A DNA stretch of 37,340 nt from a virus (taxonomy: Duplodnaviria > Caudoviricetes): IMG/VR virus record IMGVR_UViG_3300020181_000008, positions 1 to 37,340 of that record; one strand, given 5' to 3'. Under the pieces are notes generated by a model. That model made no database searches and was not told where the DNA came from. It was given only the letters and a program-made list of their open reading frames with translations. Both the position numbers and the translations under genes were made by a program. How positions within the stretch are numbered: the first letter of the stretch is position 1; each line of letters starts with the position of its first letter. Shown piece after piece: positions 23,821 through 34,881 of the stretch.

Positions 23821-24327
23821 ATGAACATACCATACCTACTTAACTGTCTTAAAACGACCAAATACTCAGATCTGGTTACAAATATTGATCTGCCACTTTT
23901 GGACATCAATCTTTTGCTTTGGGAAGCCGAAGCCGCCGGAGAAATTGAAATTGATCGTGATAAAGACAGAATTAAGGTATTGGTAGATCCTTTCCCTTGG
24001 CGCGATGAAGGCTTGGCTAATAAAATTATTCGCGCAATCCAGCACTACAATAGCAAGGAGCGAAACCTTACTGTTGGCGCTCTAAATAGCTGGGTTAAGA
24101 CGCCGGGCATGGATCATAATTACCCTTGGCACGAATACGTTGCTACGCTTCAGTCTCTAATTGATGACGGCCAGGTGCTTGAGCATGAGATTAGCGTACC
24201 GAAGTCCGGCAAGCGGCCATATCATAAGTTCGTCTTCCTGTGTTTGCCCGGTAATCCAAATGAAGAGTGGAACGCGCGAGAAGTCAATAAGTTTATTGCA
24301 AGTTGGAAGCCTAATAAGGTAAAATAA
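23821..24327 (+). CDS. Hypothetical protein (possible winged-helix)
   Basis: 168 aa, SD AAAGGAG; LQSLIDDGQV pattern. Confidence 0.6.
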   Translation: MNIPYLLNCLKTTKYSDLVTNIDLPLLDINLLLWEAEAAGEIEIDRDKDRIKVLVDPFPWRDEGLANKIIRAIQHYNSKERNLTVGALNSWVKTPGMDHNYPWHEYVATLQSLIDDGQVLEHEISVPKSGKRPYHKFVFLCLPGNPNEEWNAREVNKFIASWKPNKVK

Positions 24328-24360
24328 AAACGGTGATAACTCACCTTGTCTTCTGCCAAA

Positions 24361-24391
24361 CAACCCCTGCCTAAAAACAGGGGTTGATTTT
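24361..24391 (+). terminator. Terminator-like hairpin
   Basis: CAACCCCTG-cctaaaaa-CAGGGGTTG-ATTTT. Confidence 0.6.
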
Positions 24392-24452
24392 ATATACTTA
24401 TGCTAAAATAAAAATATGAACTCTAATACTTTGATAACAAGGAATTAATCTT

Positions 24453-25427
24453 ATGGCTGGCGTATATTGGATTGGACAAAACGGTAATACTTATGTAAGA
24501 AGTGAAGGCTTAAAGGGTGTTCAAGATTATGGCAATCTTGGCGGACGTTTACCGGCTCCGTATGCTCCCGGCGCCCTAACCCTAATTCGCGATCCGGCTC
24601 TTCCGCCTGAAGCGTCTCCAGCTCCGACTGGTGGCGGTGGTGCTGCTCGTCCAGGTCTTGACCAAGTGTCAGTTAATAATACGCAGTTGGCGATTGACCA
24701 GCTCCCTGCTCAGATGGCCGCAGCTATGGGTACTGAGAGTCAGCGTTATCGCAATACTATGGCCGATTTTGATGCTCAGGAAGCCGGTCAGCGTAAAACT
24801 TTCGACCAATCTACTACCACTAACCAGCAAAACTATGACTCTACTTTCATGGATTCAATTCGTGCTGGAATTAAGGGACTTGGTGGCCTGATGAACATTT
24901 TGCGCGGTACTGGCGCTTCAGGCGGAACTGTTGAAGGCGACGTGCGCGATATTGTTGGTGAAGTTACCGCCAAAGATATTCGTACTGGGGCCGACACTCA
25001 AAAAGAAAACCAGACGGCGCTTAATACTTCCCTGGAAGGCTTTTTGGGCGAACTGGGCCGTAAGCGGCGCGTTAATGATGACACTTTTGAAAATAACAAG
25101 CGTGCAATTCAGCGTGATTCTGAGACTCAGATGCAGGATCTATTTAGTAAAATGGCCGGCTTTTATGGCGAAGCTGGCCGAACTGCCGAAGCCGATACTT
25201 GGAAAGGTCGTGCTGGTAGTTTGACCCCTAGTATTGCCCGAAATAGCATGACAGCACTTAGTAATTATGACAACACTCCAGTTGTTGTAAAAGCGCCAGA
25301 ATTGACGGCATTTGCAGCCCCTACTCAGCCTGACGCAATCGCTGCTCCGTCTGACGGCCAAGTTGGATCCGGCATCTTCACTATGACTGACCGGCGCCGC
25401 CGGGAGCCAGCTCTAGCAGGAGTTTAA
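24453..25427 (+). CDS. Internal virion / ejection protein (probable)
   Basis: Q/N/A/G-rich helical protein preceding a very large virion-type protein. Confidence 0.55.
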   Translation: MAGVYWIGQNGNTYVRSEGLKGVQDYGNLGGRLPAPYAPGALTLIRDPALPPEASPAPTGGGGAARPGLDQVSVNNTQLAIDQLPAQMAAAMGTESQRYRNTMADFDAQEAGQRKTFDQSTTTNQQNYDSTFMDSIRAGIKGLGGLMNILRGTGASGGTVEGDVRDIVGEVTAKDIRTGADTQKENQTALNTSLEGFLGELGRKRRVNDDTFENNKRAIQRDSETQMQDLFSKMAGFYGEAGRTAEADTWKGRAGSLTPSIARNSMTALSNYDNTPVVVKAPELTAFAAPTQPDAIAAPSDGQVGSGIFTMTDRRRREPALAGV

Positions 25428-25432
25428 TTTAA

Positions 25433-28400
25433 ATGGCGTCTTTTTTCACTAGGGCGCTGGATCGGTTTACGCCCTGGGATCGAAAGGGTGAAGTTCAAAG
25501 ACGCCAGCAACGCAAGAAAAAAGAAGAAGAGGAGATCCGCGCCGCGACTCCTTCTATTGCTCCATCACGTCCACAATCCGGCTCAGCGCTGGATCGAGTA
25601 ATTAAGCCAAAGGCTCCGGTTAATATCTTTGATGATATTAACAAAGGTTTTGTGTTGGGCAAGCCTAGCACTCCTGCTGTCGTTACTAAAACTCAAGAAA
25701 CTAAGCCAGCACCAGTACTGCCCCCAGGCACCGTAGTTAAGCCGCCTGGCCTACAAGTTGGCCCGGTTCGTCAGGCAGATATCCAGCTTCCAGATGGTCG
25801 AAACGCCAGAGATTTACCGGCCGCGCCTAAAAAAACTGAAATGGCCAAGCCAAAGCAGGGGCTTGGCAATCGTTTTCGCGATATGTTCGATGCCAATACT
25901 GAGTCTGATAAGTGGCGTCGTCAAGAGGGCAATAAAAACCTCAAAGAAGGCGAAAAAAAGAAGGAAATCGTCTTAAAAAATCCTGGTAACTTGATTAGCC
26001 GGACTCCAGTAGTCGGTACCACGACTAAAATGCTTAATACTGCTGCGACTCAGATAGCATCACTGCCATCTACGGTTGGCGGTCAGTTTGCTACGTCTGA
26101 ATATAGCGCTGCTACCGAAGAATACACGAAAGCGGTTAAATCTGGCGATAAAGGTCGGATCGCGAAGGCAAAACAGCGTGTCGGTAATGCCGTTGACCGT
26201 CTTGACGATTACAATGCCCAGCAGGACGCCGCGCACTCGATGTTCGAGAAAAATAAGGGCGGCCTGTTTAACGCTGGTACTCTTTATGATGAAAAAGGCT
26301 CGAAGTCCGGCGATATTAAAACTGGCGTAAAAGACGTAGTCTTGCCGACTGCTGTAACGGCCCTTGATCTGTATACTCTGGGTAGAGGTAGTGCTGTCTC
26401 GCAAGGTATAAAGGAGCAGGGCTTAAGGACTGGCGCGCGTAGCCAAGCTGGGAATATTGGCAAGGCTGCTGTCGGTAATTATGGTAGTGGCGACTTAAAT
26501 GCTCGATCTGAGGGGGCCAGCAACACCGAAGCTGTTAAGGCTGGTATTATTAACTCAATTCTGGGCTTGGCTCCAGATATTGCTCTGCCAGCACTCGGCA
26601 GGAGCTTCCGCGACCGCGTTGTGCCGCGTATTTTTAGGGGTCGTGGTGTTAGTGCGTCTGATGTAGTCGAAGAACTAGATGATGCGGCTATTTCGGCCAG
26701 CGCTGAAGCCGCAAATCAAGCTCTGCGACCAAAGCCGGTTCAAGTAACTAAAGATATTCCAGTTCGAACCCCTGATGATCCGCCAGTACCAGTACCGGTT
26801 GTGCGCGGCCCTAGTCGTAGGCCACTTATTAAGGAATTGGAAGGCGATTTTAACTTCCCTACTTTTGAAAAACTTAATCAGATTCGGGTCGAAAAAGCTC
26901 GGACCGATGCTGATGAGTTCAATGCTGGCGCTCGACCAGACTTTAGGCTCGAAGGTGTAACGCCACGCGCCACAGGACCGTTCAGGCTCGATGAAAACGT
27001 CGTTATTGGCAGTCAAGACGAAGCAATTGACGCCTATGCCGGCTTTTTGCGCCAAGTTGGTGAAGGCAACGGCGTTGACATTGTAGATGGCCGCCGCGTC
27101 TCAAATAACGTGCGCTTCGGCGATACTGCCGGCCAGCGCATGACTCAGGCCATGTGGCGCGATGAAGCTGAACGGCAATTGAAAGCTGGCAAGGCTGATC
27201 CAGCTATCCAGAAAATGTTTGATGACGCTGCGGATCCAGAGGTTCAGTCATTAATCGCTAGAGGTGATACTACTGAAGAAGCGCCTGTAGGCCGTCCGAT
27301 TGAAGTAAAAGAAGCGACTAGCATACCTGTTCGCGATGAAACTGTCGTGCCTACAGATATGCCTGAAGCTCCTGGGGCTGTTAGGGTTACTGCCCAGGCC
27401 GCGCCAATGAAGGATAGAACTGAAGCTATTGCCGCCGCTCCGGTCGTTTCAAGTCCCCCTCGGCTGCCAGCAGAAACTCAGGCTATTTTGGATAATCCAC
27501 AGCAATTTAATAAGCGTCAGGTTGCTGCTGCTCGAAATCAGGCAAAACTGGCACGTCAGAAGGCTAAAGCCGATGAGGGCGTAGCCGATGCCCTGACGCG
27601 CATTGAAGCTGCTAAATCACCGTCCAGCCCCCAGCCTGAAGGCTATGCGTCTACTGGTCAGTTTGATCGCGGCAAGAAGGGTAATGTCTATGAGGTTGCT
27701 AGCCGCGAGACTGAAGCTGTTGCTGGCCAGCAAGAAATGGCTGCTCGCTCAGTTGATGATCTACTTGCTGAAGTAGGAAGCAAAGAGTCCTTTACCCCTG
27801 GCGACAGGCGCCGGATCTCTGCCGCGCTTGAAAACCTGGTCAAAGCTAACCCTGAAGACACCGAAACTCGCATGATTCTTAAGAAGTTGCAGTCGCAAAG
27901 CCGTACTGAACTGGCCCAGGGCTTGGCAATGTGGCCACGCGTCGTCCGGAAGTCTTCGACTGCCGACACCCTTACTGGTAGGTGGGAGAGTAAAATCGCT
28001 AGGGCGCTCGATGATCCTAGTAAGATGAAAGACGCCGACTTTGCGGAAATCCAGGCTAAAAATGAAGCGTTTACCTTAGCTCGCGACACCGCCGAACGGC
28101 TTAATGAACAGTTCAAGCGAACCGGCAGTGAAGCCGACTTTAAAGCCTGGGAAGACGCCTTTACTGCTGCTCGCAAGGCCGATGAAGACGCTAAGTTTGC
28201 AGAAATTGCTGTTGCTAAGCGTGTTCTTAAGGGTGAAAAGGGCGCGCACGTCAATAAGGTGCTTGATGATCTTCGCAAAGAGTCTTCGGTCAATACGATG
28301 GATCTTGTTACCTCGAATATGCTGTCTGGTACTGCTACCGGCTTCCGCAACACCTTTGGTACGGAGCTGGCCGGTATTGAAAACCGCGTTGGTGCTAACT

Positions 28401-30379
28401 TCCGGGCCAAGGTCGTGAAGGGTCTATTTGACGAAAATGTTGGTGGCTTCAGTCGTCAAGGCGCTCGATTAGGCCGCAAGATCGGTATTGTTAAGCTCGG
28501 TCGCGATGCAAGGCGCCGCGCTGAAATTGGCGGCAAGAATCCTCTGGAAATGGCCAAAAACTGGGCCACGACTATTAACTCTGGTGGCGAATCTAGCATA
28601 CAATCTCAAGTTTATTCTCGGCTTGGTAAGTATTACCAAAATCAGTTGAAGGAGCAGGGCGTATCTGGCAAGGAGCTTGATATGCGTATGCGCCACTCTA
28701 TGTTGACCGATCCAGACGGCATGGCTGACACCTACCTGGACGCTTCCATGAAGTCTAGCGGCTTGACCGGTCTGTTCGACAAGGGACAAACCATCGAAAA
28801 AGCTGTAACTGATTATGTAGGGCGTCAAACCGATAATAAGATGCTCCAGGGTGCTTCAAAGCTAATTATGCGCCTGGCTGTCGGCTTCCCTACTGCTACT
28901 ACGAACTTCCTATATCAGTCCGGTAAGCGTCTGGCTGTTGGTGTGCCATCTTATATTGAAATGGGCGCTAAATTAGCGAAAGGCGACAAACTGGGGGCTG
29001 CTCAGGCGTTCGAGCGCGGCATGAAGGAAACTGGCTCTGGCTTGGCTGTTCTAGGCTTAGGTGTTGCTCTCGGTCAAGCTGGCATGATTACTGGTGCTTA
29101 TCCTGAAGATCCGGACGAGCGCGCACGCTGGGAGCGTGAGGGTATATCTGAAAACTCGATTAATATCGGCGGCGCCTGGTTCCCTATTCCCCAGGGAGCC
29201 GGTATGCTAGGCTTGCCGCTACTTACCGGCGCAGCCATTGGTCGCGATGGTGGCGATGGCCTGAAGGAAATGTATGATCCGGGCAACCTGGCTAAGCTAC
29301 TTCCTACTGACCAGATCCAAGGCTTCCTTAATATGGCGTCTGGTGATGGCGCTCCGCAGGACTTCAAAAACTTCGTAGCAAGTGGCGTCCGCGCCGTTAC
29401 TCCGGCTGGTGCGCTGTTTAACCAGATAGCTAAGTCTTTTGATGACACCAAAAACGACACTACTACCAAGGATCTTTGGTCGAATATTATTGACCAGATC
29501 GCAAGCGGTATTCCAGGCGTAAATAATGCCATGAATATTCCAGATAAGACTGATGACGCCGGCAATGTTATTAAGAACCCTAACCCGGTCCAGCTTGCCT
29601 TCGGAGCCACGTCTGCTACTCAGGGCGCCGGTCAAGAGCGCTCGGCCCAGATTGACAAAGAGCTTAATGACGCTTTGCGCGGCATTGACCAGTACGGACT
29701 GCTTGATGATCCGAACATGGAAGGCGTGCTTGAAGAGAAGGGTCTTGAAGCCTATAACAAGCTAAAATCTGGCAAAACCCTTGATGAGAGCGATATCAAG
29801 GCTCTTAAAAACGGTCTTGTTAAGGGGGTTAGCTCCGAAGGTACCGACACCGCTTACCTGGAGCGCGGCGAATATGACACTAATCTAGCTGTTCTAAAAC
29901 TTAAGCGCGATCTGATGAAGGAAGATAAAACAACCAAACCATCATCGCTTAAAGACGTAGACACTGCTATTAAGCGTGGCGAGATTTACCGCGACGGCCA
30001 AGTCCCCTATGACATGATCCAGGCTTACCAGACAACCGGAGTTGATGAGTGGCGCAAAATGGGCGATCCAGAGTCCGACGAATACGATCCTGATATGTAC
30101 CAAAGACTTTGGGAGCTTGATGAGCGTATGAGCAAGGCCGGCGTTTCGTATAAGAGGGGCGCCCTTGATAAGCCAAAATATTCTGCCAAGCAAGCTGGAA
30201 GCGGCCGGGGATCGCGCGGCGGTGCTGGCAGCTATAGCGCCGACTTCGGCCAATTAAAGGCTGGGGCTTTTGCGCCTAGCGTTCAGGAATACGAAACAAT
30301 AGACCAGAAGTCGGGCAATGTGCCGATTATCCGTAAAGTTCGACCAAATATTGTGCATAATATAAGCAGTTCGGGGTAA
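25433..30379 (+). CDS. Large DNA-ejection / internal virion protein (probable)
   Basis: 1648 aa, helical, with hydrophobic Gly-rich segments near the C-terminus (ITGAYP...NSINIGG.W), as in podovirus ejection proteins. Confidence 0.65.
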   Translation: MASFFTRALDRFTPWDRKGEVQRRQQRKKKEEEEIRAATPSIAPSRPQSGSALDRVIKPKAPVNIFDDINKGFVLGKPSTPAVVTKTQETKPAPVLPPGTVVKPPGLQVGPVRQADIQLPDGRNARDLPAAPKKTEMAKPKQGLGNRFRDMFDANTESDKWRRQEGNKNLKEGEKKKEIVLKNPGNLISRTPVVGTTTKMLNTAATQIASLPSTVGGQFATSEYSAATEEYTKAVKSGDKGRIAKAKQRVGNAVDRLDDYNAQQDAAHSMFEKNKGGLFNAGTLYDEKGSKSGDIKTGVKDVVLPTAVTALDLYTLGRGSAVSQGIKEQGLRTGARSQAGNIGKAAVGNYGSGDLNARSEGASNTEAVKAGIINSILGLAPDIALPALGRSFRDRVVPRIFRGRGVSASDVVEELDDAAISASAEAANQALRPKPVQVTKDIPVRTPDDPPVPVPVVRGPSRRPLIKELEGDFNFPTFEKLNQIRVEKARTDADEFNAGARPDFRLEGVTPRATGPFRLDENVVIGSQDEAIDAYAGFLRQVGEGNGVDIVDGRRVSNNVRFGDTAGQRMTQAMWRDEAERQLKAGKADPAIQKMFDDAADPEVQSLIARGDTTEEAPVGRPIEVKEATSIPVRDETVVPTDMPEAPGAVRVTAQAAPMKDRTEAIAAAPVVSSPPRLPAETQAILDNPQQFNKRQVAAARNQAKLARQKAKADEGVADALTRIEAAKSPSSPQPEGYASTGQFDRGKKGNVYEVASRETEAVAGQQEMAARSVDDLLAEVGSKESFTPGDRRRISAALENLVKANPEDTETRMILKKLQSQSRTELAQGLAMWPRVVRKSSTADTLTGRWESKIARALDDPSKMKDADFAEIQAKNEAFTLARDTAERLNEQFKRTGSEADFKAWEDAFTAARKADEDAKFAEIAVAKRVLKGEKGAHVNKVLDDLRKESSVNTMDLVTSNMLSGTATGFRNTFGTELAGIENRVGANFRAKVVKGLFDENVGGFSRQGARLGRKIGIVKLGRDARRRAEIGGKNPLEMAKNWATTINSGGESSIQSQVYSRLGKYYQNQLKEQGVSGKELDMRMRHSMLTDPDGMADTYLDASMKSSGLTGLFDKGQTIEKAVTDYVGRQTDNKMLQGASKLIMRLAVGFPTATTNFLYQSGKRLAVGVPSYIEMGAKLAKGDKLGAAQAFERGMKETGSGLAVLGLGVALGQAGMITGAYPEDPDERARWEREGISENSINIGGAWFPIPQGAGMLGLPLLTGAAIGRDGGDGLKEMYDPGNLAKLLPTDQIQGFLNMASGDGAPQDFKNFVASGVRAVTPAGALFNQIAKSFDDTKNDTTTKDLWSNIIDQIASGIPGVNNAMNIPDKTDDAGNVIKNPNPVQLAFGATSATQGAGQERSAQIDKELNDALRGIDQYGLLDDPNMEGVLEEKGLEAYNKLKSGKTLDESDIKALKNGLVKGVSSEGTDTAYLERGEYDTNLAVLKLKRDLMKEDKTTKPSSLKDVDTAIKRGEIYRDGQVPYDMIQAYQTTGVDEWRKMGDPESDEYDPDMYQRLWELDERMSKAGVSYKRGALDKPKYSAKQAGSGRGSRGGAGSYSADFGQLKAGAFAPSVQEYETIDQKSGNVPIIRKVRPNIVHNISSSG

Positions 30380-30388
30380 AATAATAAT

Positions 30389-31087
30389 ATGGCAGCCATT
30401 GATAATATTCGGGAATTAGCTCAAGACGTTTACTTCAGTGTAAACGGCTCTGAAAACGATGACGAGGGGTCGGATCTCGAAGAGTTTGAAAACAATTTTA
30501 TCAGGGGCTTTAATCTCTGGCTTGACGAATACGAAACTGAAGCCTACTGGAATCGGGTGCGCGTGGACGACTATGTCTTGGGTACCGTTCTAAATACCAC
30601 TGATTTTGCATTTACCCTGCCGGCAGAATACCGGACCCCTGTATTTGACGAGAATAAATACCTGAAGTTTGTGCATGATGGCGCTGTGGTGGCTAAGTTC
30701 AAGATGGTGGATCCAAACCAGCGCCAGGTAGATGACGACCTGGACCGCCCGGACCGAGCCACATTTACAGGCGACAAGAAAATTATTTTGTCGCGCGCTC
30801 CTAAAATAGAAGAGGTCGGCGCCACTATGGTATTGGACGTAGTAAAGCACTTCCCTAAACTTACGCGCAACGACGATACCTCTCTGGGGCTTATCTTTAG
30901 CAAGCAAATAGCGGTGCTAGGTATTGCAAAAAACATCACGCTTGCCGATGTTACCAAAGTCAGTCTGAGTCCTTCATTCACGCAAAGATACTCCAATGAG
31001 TTGAATAAGGCGCTAAACGCCAATAATGCGTCCAACGAAATTGACGATATGCGTATGCCAGACTTCAGCCACATTGGGGGCATCTAA
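30389..31087 (+). CDS. Head-tail adaptor (probable)
   Basis: 232 aa; FTLPAEY motif; directly precedes the nozzle gene. Confidence 0.6.
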   Translation: MAAIDNIRELAQDVYFSVNGSENDDEGSDLEEFENNFIRGFNLWLDEYETEAYWNRVRVDDYVLGTVLNTTDFAFTLPAEYRTPVFDENKYLKFVHDGAVVAKFKMVDPNQRQVDDDLDRPDRATFTGDKKIILSRAPKIEEVGATMVLDVVKHFPKLTRNDDTSLGLIFSKQIAVLGIAKNITLADVTKVSLSPSFTQRYSNELNKALNANNASNEIDDMRMPDFSHIGGI

Positions 31088-33165
31088 TGGCAGTTACGGA
31101 TCCTGTAAAAGTTAAAGGCGCGGCAATCACCTCTAGTGATTTTGTCTCTTTTGATGCTGGTTTGGACGAGCGCGGCGAATATAACATAGCGCCAAATGCC
31201 CTTAATGTAGGGCGTAATGCTAGGGTTAATTCTGCCGGCAACGCCACTAAACGTCTGAGCAAAAAGCGCTGGCTGCCTGATTCAGTAGGGTTTAACGGCG
31301 AAGCGTCGGGTGTTTACTACAATGGCCAGCTTTATTATTTTATTGCCGATGACGGCAAGGTTAAGTGGGCGCAAGAAAATGATACCGCTTGGCACAACTG
31401 CGGCGGCGACAATGATATAGATACTGCTGTCGGTGTTATTACTACCTTTTTGCGAGTTAATGACCTTTTGTTATGCATGAACGGCCAGGAGCTACGCTAT
31501 ATTGATCTGGCCACATTTAACATGGTTAAGTTTACTTTTGTCGCTAACCCAGTCAGTGTTTTGACTTGTACGCCAAGCGGCATTACTGGTACTGGTCCCT
31601 TTAATGTTTGGTATGCAATTACCTATAACTCAAATGGTGGCGGCGAAACGGCTATTGGCCCTATCAAGCAGCAAGCAGTTTCTAAAAGCCGCTCGACCTG
31701 GAAGGAAGACGGTACCGAATATTTAACCATTGCTTTTAACGATACACCCCCAGTCGGAGCTACAAGCCGCAATTTGTATGCCGCTATAGCGCTTCAAGGG
31801 ACTACTCCAGTAGCTAGCGACTTGGCCATGCTTAAGTCAAACATACCTATTGGAGACACTAGTTTCGTGGATAATGGCCAGATACCGTTTGATATTTCTT
31901 ATAACACCGCGCCTGACTCTAACTCTACCAAAGGTATTAAGGCTACTGGCGGTACTATCGTAGACAAAACTCCAGTTTTGTATGGCGATCCAGATAATCC
32001 TTATGACATCTATTTTGGCGCCCTGACCGACACCGGCGTCTCTTTTGGCTCCAACAACGGCGCGCAGCGCTTGCCGCTCCTGAAGGGTACAAACTACTAT
32101 CCTACCTCTGTTATCGGCTTCCGAAACAACCAGAACGTGCCGAACCTATTGGCGCTCTTCACTAGCACCGAAGGCATCGCCAAGCAGCAAATCCTTAGCC
32201 AAAAGACGCTGAGCTACGGCAATGCGACTGTTACTTATTGGGCCGCCGACGAGCTAAACGCCGGCGCTAGTGCGGTATACAGTAAATATGGTGTTATTTC
32301 ATACCTTGGCGAGCTACAATTTCCTTCGGCCGACGGCATTACTTCGCTGAAAACAGAGCAGGAGCTTCAGAACGTCTTGTCTCCTTCCATTGTTAGCGAT
32401 GCGATCTCGAAGAGCTACGGTACCATTAAAAACGCTAACTTTGACAAAATTGTCGGTACTGCGTGGAATAACCTTGTGGCCTGGGCTGTGCCTTCTCGCG
32501 GCTACAATTATAATAATCAGATCTTCGTCCGAGACTTGACCAACCGGCAGAAGCCTAAGTGGGCTATTTGGGACCTTCCGGCCGACTGGATCGGTACTGT
32601 TTCCCCTCATAACCGCGATAGCTTTATGTATATTCGCCAGGGCAACAAGTTCTTTAAGCTGGTCGAATCTTATGTTGCTGAAGATGAAAAAAGCGACGGC
32701 ACCTCTGAGCCTTATCCAGTGGTGATTGAAGGTAGCCTAAGAGCGTTTAGCGAAGGCCGTAACGTCTATATGGCTGTGAGCCAAGCGGTGCTTTATTTAG
32801 GCGAGTTTATCGGTACGGTGGATATCGAGATAACCTATATCAACGCGAAAGGCCGGCCAAAACGTAAGAGCAAGCGCTTTACGAACGGCGCTCATGGTCG
32901 CAATATGCTCGCTGGCTGGGGCAACCCTCGCCTTCTATTTAGATCGTTTAACAACCGAGTAATTGGCTGGTCTACTCCAATGCCTACGTCTGGCCAGGCT
33001 AACAATACCCAGAAGATAACCAAGCGTTGCCGTATTAAATTGCCGAATCCGGTCGTAAATGAAGCCAAGTTTAAAGTTTCTGGCAACCTAACTAACACGT
33101 CATTTGACGTTGTTAAGGGGAACTTTGAAGGTGTTAATATTGGCGTAATAGGTGATATAGTATAA
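31087..33165 (+). CDS. Tail nozzle / tubular protein B-like
   Basis: 692 aa beta-rich; FDAGL...ALNVGRNARVN...KR N-terminus typical of podovirus nozzles. Confidence 0.7.
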   Translation: MAVTDPVKVKGAAITSSDFVSFDAGLDERGEYNIAPNALNVGRNARVNSAGNATKRLSKKRWLPDSVGFNGEASGVYYNGQLYYFIADDGKVKWAQENDTAWHNCGGDNDIDTAVGVITTFLRVNDLLLCMNGQELRYIDLATFNMVKFTFVANPVSVLTCTPSGITGTGPFNVWYAITYNSNGGGETAIGPIKQQAVSKSRSTWKEDGTEYLTIAFNDTPPVGATSRNLYAAIALQGTTPVASDLAMLKSNIPIGDTSFVDNGQIPFDISYNTAPDSNSTKGIKATGGTIVDKTPVLYGDPDNPYDIYFGALTDTGVSFGSNNGAQRLPLLKGTNYYPTSVIGFRNNQNVPNLLALFTSTEGIAKQQILSQKTLSYGNATVTYWAADELNAGASAVYSKYGVISYLGELQFPSADGITSLKTEQELQNVLSPSIVSDAISKSYGTIKNANFDKIVGTAWNNLVAWAVPSRGYNYNNQIFVRDLTNRQKPKWAIWDLPADWIGTVSPHNRDSFMYIRQGNKFFKLVESYVAEDEKSDGTSEPYPVVIEGSLRAFSEGRNVYMAVSQAVLYLGEFIGTVDIEITYINAKGRPKRKSKRFTNGAHGRNMLAGWGNPRLLFRSFNNRVIGWSTPMPTSGQANNTQKITKRCRIKLPNPVVNEAKFKVSGNLTNTSFDVVKGNFEGVNIGVIGDIV

Positions 33166-33170
33166 CCAGT

Positions 33171-34862
33171 ATGGCAGACCAAAAAATTACTCCAGATCTC
33201 GAAGTTACCAGATACCAAGCCGAGTGGCTGAAGGGTAAGGAGTTCGTGGACAATGCGATCAAAGACTTTAAGCGTCTTGATACCATTGCTAACGCTCAAT
33301 ATGATGGTGCCAATGACAAAAACCCTAACATCGGTGATACGACTGTGGCCGGCATTGTGCGGCAGATCATGCGAACTGCCGTTAAGCAAATCCCTCATGT
33401 TTCGATGGCAATTAACGGCTCTCGCAGTACCGTTGAAGCTATTACTTGCCAGCACTTAGTAGATGACGTGATTCTTAATCCGAATACCTTTGCTAAGGGA
33501 CTGGTTAATATTTTGCACCTTGGCGGACGCGGCGCGCTCTCACGCGGTTTTAACGTATTTGAGATCAGTACAACTAAAATGTTTGGTCAGTTTGGTGTAA
33601 CGCCGCGACTTATTCACTTTAACGACTTTGCGGTTGAAGCTGGCATACAGGACGGTAGTTTAAGTCCCTTCACTGATATCCGTATCAAAATGACGCCTAC
33701 CAAGCTCCAGTCTATCTATGAGCGCGAGAGCAAAAAGCGAAAAGGCACCAGCACTTGGAACTTGCCAGCGCTTCAGGCTCTTATCGCTATTGGCCCGGAC
33801 AGTAACGGCGCGGCAGATTATGCTGACTATATTACTCCTATGGAGCAGGATAAAATCAGTCTTAACACCGATAGCTATGATCTTATAGTCCGCAAACCCC
33901 TCGATAAAAGCCAGCCTATCGTTACTTTTAGCCCTTCGATCAACCAAAGGCTCCGTACTGTAGTCAATCGTTCGAAGTTTGGCTACCCTCGCACGCTATT
34001 TCTGGTTATTGATCCAGCCGAACTGTCGCCGTTTGGTGATAGCCGGGTCCGCCTAGCAAGTCCTAACCAGAACTTCTTGATGGCTCTACGCCAAAATGTG
34101 GCCACTACCTGGCTCTACAACAGCAAGCCTACGATGGTTAAAATGGGCCTATTTACTGGCGCTGCCACGCTTAAATCCGGTGGTGTTATCACCTCTACGG
34201 ACTCTAATGCCAGCATTAAGCTCCTGACCCTTGATACCTCTACCGCGCAGCAATATCCGACTATTAGCCAGGAAATTACTAAGCAGATTCAAAACATGAT
34301 GGGCATGAACCCTGGGCAGTCTCTTGGCGCCATCGGTGATGCCAAAACTGGTACCGGCGCCCAGGCTCAAAAACAGGGTATTGATGATGCTATCCAGCAA
34401 GTTACTAACATCATGGAAGAGTTTTTGCGCCAGTACGTTATCGCTGGCTTGGACCTTTACCTGTCTGAACAGGACGGTGAAGGTGTTATTTATGTTAGCG
34501 ACCAGACTCGCGAAGATATTTTGCGACTTAACCCTGATGCCTTCCCAGACCCTAAGAACCCTAATGCGCTAAGGGTCAACTGGAACGAGCTTTATGAATA
34601 TATCCAAAAAATTGATGCAACCGTAGATACGACTATGAGCAAGGAAGACTGGAGCAACGAAAAGCGCGGCGACTTGCAAGACGCTGTCGTGGCTATTAGC
34701 CAGAGTACCGATCCTAACGACCCTGAAGCTGTCGCCAAAAAGAAACTGGTCGAAGATAAGTTACTTGATGAAACTGCGCCAGAACTATCTACAGCAATTA
34801 ATAACCTTCCCCCTGCCGCCCCTGTTCAACCTCAACCCGGTTTGACACCGCCAATGCAGTAA
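33171..34862 (+). CDS. Portal protein (probable)
   Basis: 563 aa; SPFGDSRV..ASPNQ and AKTGTGA motifs and a Q/P-rich tail, like P22-type portals. Confidence 0.75.
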   Translation: MADQKITPDLEVTRYQAEWLKGKEFVDNAIKDFKRLDTIANAQYDGANDKNPNIGDTTVAGIVRQIMRTAVKQIPHVSMAINGSRSTVEAITCQHLVDDVILNPNTFAKGLVNILHLGGRGALSRGFNVFEISTTKMFGQFGVTPRLIHFNDFAVEAGIQDGSLSPFTDIRIKMTPTKLQSIYERESKKRKGTSTWNLPALQALIAIGPDSNGAADYADYITPMEQDKISLNTDSYDLIVRKPLDKSQPIVTFSPSINQRLRTVVNRSKFGYPRTLFLVIDPAELSPFGDSRVRLASPNQNFLMALRQNVATTWLYNSKPTMVKMGLFTGAATLKSGGVITSTDSNASIKLLTLDTSTAQQYPTISQEITKQIQNMMGMNPGQSLGAIGDAKTGTGAQAQKQGIDDAIQQVTNIMEEFLRQYVIAGLDLYLSEQDGEGVIYVSDQTREDILRLNPDAFPDPKNPNALRVNWNELYEYIQKIDATVDTTMSKEDWSNEKRGDLQDAVVAISQSTDPNDPEAVAKKKLVEDKLLDETAPELSTAINNLPPAAPVQPQPGLTPPMQ

Positions 34863-34881
34863 GGTAAAACTATAAGCAGTT

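Noticed and set aside
27688-29635. Long antisense ORFs inside the 1648-aa gene
   Set aside because: They are expected from codon bias of the sense gene and have no motifs.
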